From the human T2T-CHM13v2.0 reference genome, Homo sapiens, in NCBI RefSeq assembly GCF_009914755.1, contig NC_060935.1: a DNA stretch of 64,000 nt; one strand, written 5' to 3'. Position numbers and translations under genes: made by a program. Below are positions 63,821 to 64,000 of this stretch, one piece after another. Position 1 is the stretch's first letter; each line of letters opens with the position of its first letter. The notes under the pieces are model-generated. The model saw only the letters and a program-made list of their open reading frames with translations, was not told the origin of the DNA and ran no database searches.

Positions 63821-64000
63821 TCTTCTTGTGGTCCAAATGAGCCCCAGGAAAGCACACAATAAATGTGCCTCCCAGGGTTGAGTATGGGGACCTTCTGGGT
63901 GTAGATCTTTTGCTGAAGCTTCTAGAACAGAGCAGACTGGGCCAAGGCAGTGGCCACAGATACATTAGGACCCAGTATCATAACTAGGAAAACAGAAGCA

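Overview
Human (primate) non-coding genomic DNA, intronic or intergenic. A consensus-like AluYa5 points to Homo sapiens. No protein-coding gene, RNA gene or CpG island is supported; the listed ORFs are chance ORFs or repeat-derived. The window is rich in ancient repeats (many MIR and L2 fragments, MLT1/THE1/LTR33-type solo LTRs, MER-type DNA transposons, a full-length Tigger1) and poor in Alus (three full-length plus one monomer). Repeat-free blocks dense in homeodomain, POU and TCF motifs look like developmental enhancers. The least ordinary signals are: (i) four short, non-tandem, same-orientation local duplications (25-231 bp, 0.6-1.9 kb apart), one of which interrupts an MLT1 LTR and so looks like a locally templated insertion; (ii) an old L1MC-type element with twin-priming inversion geometry; (iii) an unmutated AluYa5 with a perfect 15-bp TSD; (iv) compact palindrome clusters built from transcription-factor motifs. 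Repeat subfamily names come from recalled consensus sequences, not a database search, and boundaries of old repeats are approximate. I cannot identify the locus and found no evidence of a new gene system.
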